From NCBI GenBank assembly GCA_964016885.1, contig OZ024745.1, positions 29,884,001-29,948,000 on the forward strand: a stretch of DNA of 64,000 bases, in the 5' to 3' direction. Position numbers and translations under genes: made by a program. Shown here one piece after another: positions 51,991 through 64,000 of this stretch (positions are counted from its first letter, which is position 1; every line of letters begins with the position of its first letter). The notes beneath the pieces were generated by a model, which saw only the letters and a program-made list of their open reading frames with translations, was not told where the DNA came from and did not search any database. The DNA is from Eledone cirrhosa. Its lineage: Eukaryota.

Positions 51991-52355
51991 CATACAGCAT
52001 TATATAGACTAGCATAAGTGCTATTGTCCATGGTCCCTAACATACAGCATTACATAGACTAGAATAAGTGCTATTGTCCATGGTCCCTAACATACAGCAT
52101 TACATAGACTAGCATAAGTGCTATTGTCCATGGTCCCTAACATACAGCATTACATAGACTAGAATAAGTGCTATTGTCCATGGTCCCTAACATACAGCAT
52201 TACATAGACTAGCATAAGTGCTATTGTCCATGGCCCCTAACATACAGCATTACATAGACTAGCATAAGTGCTATTGTCCATGGCCCCTAACATACAGCAT
52301 TACATAGACTAGCATAAGTGCTATTGTCCATGGCCCCTAACATACAGCATTATAT
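51991..52355. repeat. 50-bp minisatellite, 7.3 near-identical copies (catacagcattacatagactagcataagtgctattgtccatggyccctaa)
   Basis: catacagcat at 51991, 52041, ... 52341. Confidence 0.97.
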
Positions 52356-52764
52356 AAGTTAACATTGGTGCAAATCTTTGTGGTCTCCAACATACCGACT
52401 CTCAGTAATGAGACTGGCATCTCTCATAATCATCATTTGTCTAAGCATATCTTCAGTGGTACAAGCATTTGTAAAAAGAAGACATGGTGACAGATAACAT
52501 CCAATTATGTCAAATTTGGATGCACTTATGATATCAAAAATATAAAAGAATAAAGACCCCATTCAGTCGAAAATGGCTGCGGATTTTACACATAGAAAGT
52601 CTCTTCTGAGGCACAAGCCTGGGTAAGGTTTTTGTGGGAGACTAGCTGCTGTCCATGTATGCCATTCCCTCCTCTCCACATCACTGATGTTGTCCAAGAG
52701 AAAGGCAAAGGTTGGCACCATTGACATTGCAATTCATATACACTGCACATATATATATTATGTA

Positions 52765-53152
52765 TTGTGCTTAGTGGTTAGAGCATTGGGCTTGCAATCG
52801 AAAGATTGTGAGTTCAATTCTCAGACTGGGTGATGTGTTGTTTCCTTGAGAAAGACACTTTATTTCACATTGCTCCAGTTTACTCAGCTGTAGAAATGAG
52901 ATAATAGGACTGGGATCCCTATCATTCCACTGCAAAGTGGTCGTGGAGGTGCTACGGCAAAAAAAAGAAGCACCTAGCCCAAACTGTAAAGTGGACATGT
53001 AAGCGCCACGAAAAAAAAGTACCTAGCACTCACTGTAAATGAGGTTGGTGTTAGGAAGCGCATTCCAGCTGTAGAAATCAAGCCAGAATCAGTTCCCATC
53101 CCACCCTTGCAAGCAGGGAAAAGCGGACATAAAATGATGATGATGATGATGA
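52765..53152 (+). mobile_element. Full-length young tRNA-derived SINE with (GAT)n tail
   Basis: A-box-like gcttagtggttagagc, B-box-like gagttcaattctc, core, and 3' gtgttaggaag..catccagc domain. Near-identical copies at 55725-55992 (-) and 60030-60312 (+). Confidence 0.85.
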
Positions 53153-53658
53153 TTCGTTATATATACACTATATATACACAATACATTATATATGCACTAT
53201 ATATAATGTCCAAGGGGATGGCAAAAGCCAATACAATTTGGCATTAGTGATGACGCAATTCATTTTTGCAGTTCAGTGAACTGGAGCAACGTGAAATAAA
53301 GTGTCTTGCTCAAGGTCACAACGCTCTGTCTGATCCAAGAATTGAATTCACAACCTCATTATTATGACTCCAACACTCTAAACCATAAAGCCACACACCT
53401 TCACATGAAAAATATAACAATGCTAAAACAAAGTAGATGATGTAACTTCTGATGAAATATATAAATAATGTGATTAAAAGTGTTTCTTTAAAAAATAAAA
53501 AAAATTCAAGTGACATAGTAATGAGATAGGAAGCTGATTTACAGAAGTAATTAATTATATATAATGAATTAGTTAAAATATTAAGTAAAGAAATCAATAA
53601 AAAAAATTCTAAAAATACCTGAATAGAGGTTACTAAAGAATGACTAAAAAGTGAGTAA

Positions 53659-53836
53659 AAAATTGCAGGAAATAACTGTGAACAGTTGATTACTATAATT
53701 AATAGCTTAGAAAATAGGTAAATACTCTCAGAGACAGAAAAAGTGGTCATGTTTTCTGTCTATAGGGATATTTTATCTGATTTTCAAAACTATTATTTAT
53801 TATAATTGTCTGTGTTCAGTTATTTCCTGCGTTTTT
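53659..53836. repeat. Imperfect ~80-bp inverted repeat
   Basis: gcaggaaataactg...agacagaaaa pairs with ttttctgtct...cagttatttcctgc. Confidence 0.65.
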
Positions 53837-55426
53837 CAAGATTTTCTACATTTTCTAAGAATTTCAACTCACTCCATCCTCTGATAGTTTGTTTACAAAT
53901 ATATTATTATACATTATATCAACCTCAATACATAGTATATTAACCCTGTTTATGATATATCAACCCAATACTTTATTATATTAACTGAAAAAAGGTAAAA
54001 AGGAGCTGATCATTTGCCTTGGTCTTTCTATTGCTGATACTATGCACCAGTTGCAACTCCTCGTAGAAGTACACACTGTTTTAGCCATAGTATGAGGTAG
54101 GATTGAAACTCAGAATGCACACAGCTGAAACAGATACCACAAAGCATACCATTTGACTCAGTAACAATTCTGCTAATCCACCATCTTTGGACTGGTATTT
54201 AATTTATCCACTCTACAAAGACAAAAGCCAATAAAAGAGGCTAGAGCCATGTAACCTTTACATACTTTCTGGTTTCGGCATGGTTTCTACAAGTTGACTA
54301 TAACAGGATTTGAACTCAGAGAGCTGGAACAAATACCATAGGGCAGATGTGGATTCTGTAAGCCAAAGGGAAGGTAGCCCATCTAGAAGAGCAGTTACTT
54401 TGTGATTGGAAGGGTATTCAGCCAAAAACTGACATTATCATCATCATCACCAGTTCAAATCATACAAGACTGGAAAAGCAGGTGCAAAATGATGATGATG
54501 ATGATAAATCTAATGCTCTTATAACTACCAATTCACCTATTGAATTCTCTTCTGGCTTCTTGCTTTCCTCACTTCTATAATTTGCAAAAATTCAAAAGCA
54601 ACAGCATCTTCTCTTTCTTTGAATTCTGTTCTTGCTGTGTGGTTGATTGGTGTCACAGCAAAAGATGCCCAGTCCACACTGCAAAGTGATTGTTTTGGTG
54701 CCATGATGAAAGGCACCCAATCCACACTGTAAAGTGGTCGATTTGGTGCCATGATGAAAGGCACCCAGTCCACATTGTAAATGCGATTGCTGTTAGGAAA
54801 GGCATCCAGCCATAGAAACCAAACCAGGAATGGTTTTGTGTGAGTAAGACATGGTCATCTGATCTGATTTGTCTCCCAACAGGACATCCTGCCTAATCCA
54901 TGCTAGCGTGGAAAATGAACGTTAAACGGTGATTATGATGTCTTGTTTTTTTCTCTTCTCAGTAACCCCTTGCATTTTTGTGGCTTTATTACCTTTCTTT
55001 TTGGTGGTGGTGGTGGTGGTGGTGGTGGGGTGGGGGTGGGGGGGAGTGAGGAAAATACAAACAAACTACCGATTCAATAATTTGCCATCCTTCATTGGGT
55101 ACAATGTCATTTAAGAAAAACCAAAGAATACTCAACTGTTTGTGTTCTAATTCTAAATAGCCAACCAAATTATTTCTTGGCTAATTACTTAATTAAGTCA
55201 GCAAGTTAAGTGACTGTTTGTTAATTAAGGCTATTAGTAACTCTGTCTTGAGTTGTTTGAATTCTATCATTTCCATGGAAATTAAACTATGTACAATAGG
55301 GTGATGAAAGGTAGGGGTGAGGAGGGGTTTGTGTTATTGACACCAATGTATTACTGGTATAATCATTAATCTATATAACATAGCAGTTACAGTTTAAGGT
55401 TATTGAAAACAAAGGAATATTCTATA

Positions 55427-55470
<44 letters not shown>

Positions 55471-56372
55471 TATGTTGGTACCACAGAACATCCAGCCCAC
55501 ACTAAAGTGGTCATGTAGGTATCACGACAAAAAGCACCCAGCCTACACTGTAAATGTGGTTGGCGCTAGGAAGGGCATCCAGCCATAGAAAACCAGCCAG
55601 AAACAGTCCTATATGAGTGAGATACGTTCACACAACTCAACTTGCCTCAAGTGAGACAAACCTGTCTAACCCATGCTAGTGTGGAAGACAGGCATTAAAA
55701 GATGATGATGATGATGATATGTATATCATCATCATCATCAACATCATTTTACGTCCGCTTTTCCCTGCTTGCAAGGGTGGGACGGGAACTGATTCTGGCT
55801 TGATTTCTACAGCTGGATGCCCTTCCTAACACCAACCTCATTTACAGTGAGTGCTGGGTGCTTTTTTGCCATGGCACCTCCACGACCACTTTGCAGTGGA
55901 ATGATATGGGCCCCAGCCCCTATCATCTCATTTCTACAGCTGAGTAAACTGGAGCAATGTGAAATAAAGTGTCTTGCTCAAGGAAACAACACATACATAC
56001 ATACATACATACATGGTGGCTGCCAAATCGTTTTCGAGTACGGCCACTACTTTATATCCATGTAGGAGAACCCCTACCGATGCGCTGAACGAGTGTGGCG
56101 TTTTAGTCCAGACAACGACTTGTAAACTCTGGTACAAACACTACACTTGTGACAATTATTGACACATAGTGCTGGACCCATGGTACCATGTGACGACAAG
56201 TGCAGAGAGATCTCCAGATATAAAGCAATGCCTGTGCCGTGAAGCTTTTATAGTGAGCAAAGGCACTGCACAAAGCCAGTCCCACTCTCTTAACCAAGAT
56301 GATATTTACCAAAAAGAAGAACAAGTCAACATCATTGGATACCATCATACATACATACATACATATATACAT

Positions 56373-58302
56373 GTGTGGCTGGACTATCAAAAAGCATTTG
56401 ATAGTGTACCTCATGGGTGGATTGTTAAGGCTTTACAGCTAGCCAAAGTCCCACAACCACTGGTAGCTGCTGTTAAACGTCTGACCAAGAACTGATACAC
56501 CAATTTGATCCTTAGAGGTGAGAAGGAGCAAGTTAAGACTGATAAGATGCATTACCAGAAGGGCATCTTTCAGGGTGATAGCTTGTCAGTGCTTCTCTTC
56601 GTTCTCTCACTAAATCCACTATCTTACCTACTCAGGAAACAAGGTGGACAAAGAAGTGGGTCCAGAAGTATCTCCCATCTTTTCTTTGTTGATGACCTGA
56701 AGTTGTATGGCCCAAATATCAATGACATCAAGAAACAATTGGACCTCATTACACAATTTTCAACAGACATCAAAATGAAATTTGGTGAGTCCAAGTGTGC
56801 ATATTTGCCAGTAAAACGTGGAAGAGCTGTGCCCTCCTCTAGAAATCTAGAGATGAACGGCCTGACAATACAACCTCTACAGTCAGGTGACAACTACAGA
56901 TATCTTGGACAGGATGAGAATGTCAGATATGATGGACCCATAAATAAGGAGAGAACCAGAACTGAATACCTCAGAAGAGTAAAGAAAATATGGTCATCAG
57001 AACTGTCAGCGTACAACAAATACATTGCCCACAATACTTATGCTGTGCCAAATCTAATGCCAACATTTGGCCTGCTGAACTGGTCATTGCAAGAACTAAG
57101 TGAGATGGATGTTAGAACTCGCAAACTTCTCAGTGTTACTGGGAACTTTAACATCAATGGTGATGTGGATAGGCTATACTTCTCATGCAAGGAAGGTGGC
57201 CGGGGTCTAAAATCCATATTAACATCATATGAGACCCGGATAGTAACACTGAAGCAACACCTTCAACAGAAGAAAAAGGTTGGCAACCATCTTGCCCAGG
57301 TTTATGAGCATGAAAAAAAAAATCATTAGAATAGCAACTGATCTGGAGGAGAGATATGGAATAAAGCCTGATATAAATCTCTCACCCAGAGAAATCGGAA
57401 GATCCTATTCAATGTTCAAACAAGATGAAAACATTGACCAATTTACAGAAAAAGTTGTGCATGGATACTTGAGACGTAAAACACAGACCATAGAGGGGAT
57501 AAACCACTCAAAAAGCCTGGCATGGAGTTCCAACAAGTTTATGACATCAGACCTTGAGGGATATCTCTATGCACTACAGGAACAAGAACTCCCTACCAAA
57601 TATCTGCTGCACAAAAGGGGAGGGCCATCAGCTGACAATAAATGTAGGCTATGTAAAACAAAGATCGAGGATGTAAGCCACATTGTTGCCAGCTGTGAAA
57701 GAATGTCATCTCGCTACTACCTCCCCATGAGACACGATGGGATAGCTAGAACCATCTGGAATGCACTTCGGAAAACAAAATTAACAACAAACGACGAAGA
57801 ATATATTGAGACACATGGCACTAAGGAATACTGGTGGAACCTGAAAATAAAAACTGCCACCAAATTAAAGCACAACCGGCCTGATATTGTTGTTTGGGAC
57901 CACACATTGAAAACGTGTTCTGTTGTGGAGATCAGCTGCCCACTTGATGTAAACGTTGTCAGAAAAATACAGGAGAAGGAGGACATCTACGGATCATTGA
58001 TGAGGAGTTTACAAATCCAGTATCCAAGATACACCTTTAGCTTCATACCCATCATTATTGGAGCTACGGGTTATATACCAACCCGCTTGGACCAAAGTAT
58101 GACTGAACTTGGATTTGCGGACAAAAAGCGCAGCTCCCTAATTCATAGTCTACAAATGGCTGTGATAGCTGGCACCTTCAAAATTTGCAAAACATTCTTG
58201 CGATTCAAGGGATGACAATTTCTTTTCTTTTACAACCTTGCCACCAGGAAGGTGGCCGGTCAAAAAAATATACTCGAAATTAAGAGAAAGAGATAACATA
58301 CA

Positions 58303-58330
<28 letters not shown>
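56373..58330 (+). mobile_element. 5'-truncated R2-group (R4/Dong-like) non-LTR retrotransposon: RT + CCHC finger + restriction-like endonuclease
   Basis: WLDYQKAFDSVPH, GIFQGDSLS, HLFFVDDLKLY, YRYLG, GGRGL, CRLC...HIVASC, RHD, NRPDIVVWD...VVEISCP. Breaks near 56493 and in an A-run at ~57313-57322. (TACA)n on both flanks. Confidence 0.93.
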
Positions 58331-58390
<60 letters not shown>

Positions 58391-58393
<3 letters not shown>

Positions 58394-60030
58394 TTCTAAT
58401 TGTTCTTTAAGTTTAAGAACTTAAAGAACAATTAGAAGACAGCAACCTCTTAACCCTGATAATGTACTCCCGCTACGTTTATGATATAAACATCGTAGTA
58501 AAAACACTCCCCACTAGAGAACAGTTAGGAATTAGAGAAAAACACCATGGAAACCATCCAGCAAATAGCTAACTCCATCCACCAGAGTATTAGAATTACT
58601 ATAGACTACCCAAGCACACACCCCAACCATCGATTACCTGTACTAGACACAGAGCTCTGGTTAGAAACCATTAATAACAAAAAACAAATCCTCCATTCCC
58701 ATTATGCCAAACCCATGACTTCCAAATATCTGATCCACCGAAACTCAGCTGTTTCGGATCACACCAAAATCAACATACTGATTGCGGATTTGGTACGGGT
58801 GATGAGAAACGTGTCCCGCATGTGCAACCCCAAAGAACTAGAGAGACACATACAACACTTCATCCACCATATGCAGTTCTCTGGTTACAATCAGGGAGAT
58901 AAAATCAGAGTATATAGAGGAACCAGAACCAAATGGGAAAAAATGGTAAATAATGATACAAATGGGACCTGCCCCTTGTATAGGAGCAAATTTTGGAATA
59001 GAATAGAAAGAACTAGGAATAAGGTTAATAGAATAAACTCATGGTATGATAGCAATAAATACCAGAGTGTAATGTTCATCAATACAACCCCTAGAGGTGA
59101 ATTAGCTTACAAATTTAGAAGGGCCCTAGATAAACAAACTTAATATTAAGATAGTAGAAAGACCAGGTACCTCCATAAAAACACTTATTAGCAATACATA
59201 CCCTTTTCAAAGACCTCCCTGTATAGATAAGAAATTCATAATCTGTAAACTAAGCCCCCATATTAACTGTAAAACTAGAAATGTAGTATATAGCATAAGA
59301 TGTACTGAAGGAGAATGTAAAAATAAGAATATAGTGTACATAGGTGAGATAGCTCGTAGTATAGGAGAATGGTTTAATGAACATTGGTGAGAACTTCAAG
59401 ATAAAAAAGAATCATCAATACTCCACCAACATGCTAAAATAGAACATAAGGGCAAATTAGAGAACATAGAAATAAAAATAGAATCTACACACAGAAAAGA
59501 TGCAATGTTTAGACAAATCACAGAGGCAATAAACGTAAATGAGCTCCAACCAAAATTAAATAGAAAACATGAATGGAATAGTAACATCACAACTTACATT
59601 TAAGGACAAAATGAAAACACACACACACACATAGAACAAACAACCAACCAGTAACATGTAAATAAACAAAAATACACACAGATACCCGGATGTAACACAT
59701 GCGCAAACTAAGCACACAACACACACAAAAACAAGATGGCGTAGGACAGAACAAAGGAGAGGCACAAACCAAAGAAAAGAATCCCCAGTCACTGAAGAGG
59801 TCACATAATGTGTGACGAAAGAACTTTGACAATATATGAAGAACCGTCTGGTTATGGAACCAACCAACCAACCGGAAATTTATAAATTCTTAAATTTATA
59901 AACTTAATTTATAATAAATTGGAGTGAAAGCAACTAGTGCGTGTGTTTCTTATTGGCAACATGACCCTCCCAAAGCATAACAGTATCGGTTTCAACACAC
60001 GTTTTCAGATATATATCTTGCTAAACAAAT
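58391..60030 (+). mobile_element. 5'-truncated Penelope-like element: RT C-terminus, GIY-YIG endonuclease, pLTR
   Basis: RLPVLDTELW...HYAKPMTSKYLIHRNSA... then NCKTRNVVYSIRCTEGECKNKNIVYIGEIARSIGEWFNEH and LNRKHEW; hairpin at the 5' end (58392-58439). Confidence 0.92.
59788..59830 (+). ncRNA. Minimal type I hammerhead ribozyme in Penelope pLTR
   Basis: GTCA-CTGAAGA-G-GTCACA-TAATG-TGTGAC-GAAAG-AA-CTT-TGAC. Stem I GTCA/TGAC, 6-bp stem II. Confidence 0.75.
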
Positions 60031-60525
60031 TCAATTCTCAGACTGGGTGATGTGTTGTTTCCTTGAGCAAGACACTTTATTTCACATTGCTCCAGTTTAC
60101 TCAGCTGTAGAAATGAGATGATAGAGACAGGTGTCCCTATCATTCCACTGCAAAGTGGTCATGGAGGTGTCACGGCAAAAAAGCACCCAGCACTCACTGT
60201 AAATGAGGTTGGTGTTAGGAAGGGCATCCAGCTGTAGAAATCAAGCCAGAATCAGTTCCCGTCCCACCCTTGCAAGCAAGGAAAAGCGGACGTAAAAATG
60301 ATGAAAAATGATGTATATATATATATATATATAACAAAAGAATTGTGGTAAGGAATCAGATGGACCATAACGCACCAGAGTACTCAATACTTAGGGTAGT
60401 AGAGTGGGAAATAGGAGAAGGTATGACCCCGACGGCAGAGCTCAAGCCGTCTCGACGGCTATTTCTGGATGCCCAGAAAAAGCCGTCGAAACGGCTTGAG
60501 CTCTGCCATCGGGGTCATACCTTCT

Positions 60526-60572
<47 letters not shown>

Positions 60573-60622
60573 TATATATATAGGCATATATATATATATG
60601 CATATATATATGTGTGTGTGTG

Positions 60623-61400
60623 TATATACAAAAAGCAAACAGAAATAACAAAGCAAATGATACAGTGTAATGAAGACATATTATTAGTTTTATGCTTGAT
60701 ATAGTAGAAGAAGCATCTTAACATTTCAAACACTACTCTTTCATCAGAAATAGAAAGATTGAGGAGACGGACAGTGGCAAAAATTGAAAAGATTTTTTTA
60801 GAGATAAAACATGTCTATTCACATTGCCATCTCTTGGAAAACTGTTAATGCTGGTGTTTTGTGTAAGATAATCTTGTTTTAAAAGGTGGTGATCGAGCCC
60901 ATCTAGCTGAAAGGGGAAAATAACCCTTTTGTATATAGAGGTGTTACTGTGTGTGTGCATATACATGTGTGTGTGTTTGTAAGTACGGAGCTGTGAGCAT
61001 ATGTGTGGTATATAAGGGTGTGTGTATATATAAGGGTGTGTGTGTGTGTTAGTTGCTGGTCCATACAAAGCTGTGAAGGTAAGTGTGTTCTTTTGTTGGT
61101 CTGTATAAGCTGTAAGAGTGTTTCTGACTATAACAGAGCCATAGGAACCTAGGGAGTGAATGAATACGCGTCTGTGTGACAGCGAACGAGGTAAGGGTGA
61201 CAGTGGCTAGAGGTAGAGAAATAAGCACGACTATGTGTGAAATATTAAGGAAATTGGAGGGGGGGCGGTTGAGTTCATTAGGGAAACTGGCGTAAATTAG
61301 ACTCTGCTCTATCCTGGTACTCAAGGCCTGTGATCCGTGATGTAAAAGGACACCAAGGACTGAGACATGTATGGAGGAGTGGCCTGGGGAACAGGAATGA
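60623..61400 (-). mobile_element. Decayed Penelope-like 3' end, same family as the 16357-16782 arms
   Basis: 60623-60790 aligns with 16365-16548. The minus strand has CTGATGAAAGAGTAGTGTTTGAAATGTTAAGA (60716-60750), an apparently CpG-decayed version of the 16645 hammerhead. Confidence 0.65.
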
Positions 61401-62183
61401 CAAGAGACAGTTAATGTTCATTTAAAAACAACAGAAGGCCTGACTAGAGATATTCCTTTAAAGTTTTAATGTTGCAAAAACTCTATTTGAATTTCAATGG
61501 CTTAGTTAAATTATCCAGTCATGATGCATGACTTAGGCAATTACTTTAGGTGCAGATTATAAAATTAGTTAATTGAAAACAAGATTACGGCAAACAAGAA
61601 CAGAGAATATAGAATAGATTTTATTTGGTGATGGCCTGCCAATACAGTAATGGTGAACCATGCAGGATATCCGTAAATGAAAGGCCAAGGAAAATAATAC
61701 TCAATCTATTGCAAAAGAGTATAATTAAAATTTCATACATTTAACATGCATGTGCGACCTTAGGTTTCAGGGTCCAGTTATGGCCACCATTGCATAGTGG
61801 AGGAGTTATTTCAATACTGGCCTCTCCTTTGTTAAGTGTAAGAAATGTTAATTATACTATACACACACACACACACACATATATGTATGTATGTACAGTG
61901 GCGGACTGGGTAAAAAAATATTGGTTGCCAGGAGATGAAGGGGGGGGGGGGCACCTACATATAGAATGCTATCATTTAATTTTTATAATGAATAAATCAC
62001 ATTTTCGAAAAAATATATAAGTGGAAACAAAACAGTGCAATCAAATTTTTGCAGAAAAATATCTTATCTTCTCCAATAAAAAATATTGTGTATTTTGCGA
62101 AATCCATAGATCAAAAATCGACCCTGAATATTACTAATAGCTCTAGGAAAGCCATGAATGACAACACATCTTTTTAACTTTGA

Positions 62184-62497
62184 TTTTTGAAAGTAAGTTT
62201 ATAATTATAAATTTTCATTAGACTTTTGTAGCTGTCTCGGTGGCCTGTTTGGAGGAATCATAGAGGGTGGTGATCCTGGTCTGAAGTTCGATCTTGGTCG
62301 GGAATAGGGTTCCCGGAAAATCTTTTCAGTTTTTTCTATTGATTGTAAAATAAAAACTGGAAAAAAGGTTACATGTACCTCTCGACCAGGATTGAACTAA
62401 GGCCAGGATCTCCACCATCTCTAGTACCTACCGCTAGGCCACTAAGACAGCAACAAAAATCTTGTGAAAATTCATACTTATAAACCTACTTTCAAAA
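62184..62497. mobile_element. Fold-back/MITE-like element with ~150-bp arms containing tRNA-like A/B boxes
   Basis: ttttgaaagtaagtttataa...ggtggcc...gttcgatcttggtcg pairs with cgaccaggattgaac...taggccact...ttataaacctactttcaaaa. Confidence 0.65.
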
Positions 62498-62520
62498 TGT
62501 TCAAAACAAAGTGTTTTTGT

Positions 62521-62790
62521 GAACACACACAAAAAAAAGATGGCGTAGGACAGAACAAAGGAGAGGCACAAAAACAAAGAAAAGAATCCCCAGTCACTGA
62601 AGAGGTCACAGAATGTGTGACGAAAGAACTTTGACAATATATGAACAATCGTCTGGTTGTGGATCCAACCAACCAACCGGAAATTTATAAATTCCTAAAT
62701 TTATAAATTTAATTTATAATAAATTGAAGTGAAAGCAACTGGTGCGTGTGTTTCTTATTGGCAACATGACCCTGCCAAAGTATAACAATA
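62521..62790 (+). mobile_element. Solo Penelope pLTR copy with hammerhead (62593-62635)
   Basis: Near-identical to 59720-59985. Confidence 0.9.
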
Positions 62791-62867
62791 TATATATATA
62801 TATATATGTATACCAGATTTGAAAAAATTAGTCCTGAGGTCAATATGATCGACTAAATCCCTTAAAA

Positions 62868-63156
62868 GCAGTGCCTTGGCATGGTTGCAGTTTAATGACT
62901 GAAACCAGTAAAATATAACGCCCTGGCATGGCCACAGTCTAATGTAGCAGTAAATCATTGTGTCCCAGTATGGCTGCAGTCGAATTACTGAAACTAGTAA
63001 AATATGGTGCTCCATCATGTCCACAGTCTAATGATTGAAAGCAGTAAAACATAATGCTCCAGCATGGCCACAATCAAATGAATGACCCAATAAAATATAA
63101 TGCCCCAGGATGGCCACAGTCTAAAGATTGAAACCAGTAATATATAATGACCAGCA
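62868..63156 (+). repeat. Tandem ~45-bp repeat (gccccagcatggccacagtctaatgactgaaaccagtaaaatataat), probably an amplified SINE 3' end; also at 20272-20360
   Basis: About 6 diverged copies. Confidence 0.75.
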
Positions 63157-64000
63157 TTTTGTCCGACGCTCTATCGAAAACACCAATCCGCCACCATGGA
63201 TTGGCAGTATCGGTAGAGGGTCGGACTCCATGCTTTGACGCATAGAGTTACGGCCCTTGCCTTTCTGAGTTCAAATCCCGCCGAGGTTAACTTTGCCTTT
63301 CATCCTTACGAGGTCGATAAAATAAAGTACCAGTAATGCACTGGGTAATTGCTGGCCTTGTGCCAAAAATAGAGACAATTATAAAATAATTGTTTCTGAT
63401 ATAGGCACAAGGCCAACAATTTTGGGGGACGGGAAAGTCAATTAAATTGGCACCAGCGCGTTACTGGTACTTTATTTTATCGACCCAGTATGGATGAAAA
63501 GTAAAGCTAACCTCGGCGGGATTTGATTTCAGAACGTAAAGGAACGTAAACACCCTTATAAAATAATGATTTTTACCATAGGCACAAGGCCAGCAATTTG
63601 AGGAGGAAAGAAAAGTCGATTAAATCGACCCCATTCTACTTAGGCACATTGAACATTTTACTCCATTCTACTTCAGGCACAACGAAAACAATTCCTAAGC
63701 GTATTCTCGATGTTGCGATTGCTGGCAGCGTAGTTATCTCCCGTGTTTCTCAAGCGCGACCGACTACTGCCACCAGAGGTCGCAGCAGTTACAGAAGCAG
63801 CAGTTGTATTGGAAACAGTGATGAGATATGGATTTGAGCCAGAGACCGCTAAATTCACTATGCTGCTATTGCTAGTGAGGCTTCCTTATATAACACTACA
63901 GAGCTGAGGCAGTAATTCAAATATCCACTCTCTACACTTACCATGTTGCTACTTGATATATAACAATACAGAAGACTGACGAATTCAATTTGAACGCGCG

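Noticed and set aside
51991-52355. Regular 50-bp array as a possible CRISPR
   Set aside because: Whole units are repeated with no unique spacers, the context is eukaryotic, and there are no cas genes. The same applies to the other arrays.
52765-52830. tRNA genes at SINE heads
   Set aside because: A/B boxes are present but there is no complete cloverleaf, and they continue into SINE bodies.
56014-56130. Possible HDV-like ribozyme at the 5' end of the R4-like LINE (GGTGGCT/GGCCACT pairing)
   Set aside because: There is no GG for P1.1 after P1 and no clear P2/P4. The segment is the reverse-complemented 3' end of a separate retroposon (homologous to 25620-25665), and the LINE itself is truncated in RT.
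61895-61960. CAGTGGCGGA as a possible hAT terminal inverted repeat
   Set aside because: I found no matching right TIR or 8-bp TSD.

Overview
Eukaryotic, AT-rich, repeat-dense genomic DNA. The microsatellite and SINE content looks like a coleoid cephalopod (Octopus-like); this is an inference. One spliced protein-coding gene is supported: a + strand adenylate kinase with two complete short-LID (AK1-type) catalytic domains in tandem. It has 10 well-supported exons (9521-29908) and a probable 13-nt microexon at 5899-5911; no start codon was found, so the 5' end probably lies upstream of the window. The two domains have the same exon sizes (164/117/192 nt), which points to an intragenic duplication. 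The rest is minisatellite arrays (43, 36, 45, 40, 23, 33 and 50 bp units), long (TA)n tracts, tRNA-type SINEs and retrotransposon fragments (RTE, CR1-like, CRE-like, an R4/Dong-like RT+RLE element, and Penelope-like GIY-YIG elements). The most striking non-coding signal is about ten minimal type I hammerhead-ribozyme motifs and many fold-back (inverted-repeat) mini-elements. These appear to derive from Penelope pseudo-LTRs and mostly sit in (TA)n tracts, many inside the AK introns. Most ORFs in the supplied track are translations of simple repeats.
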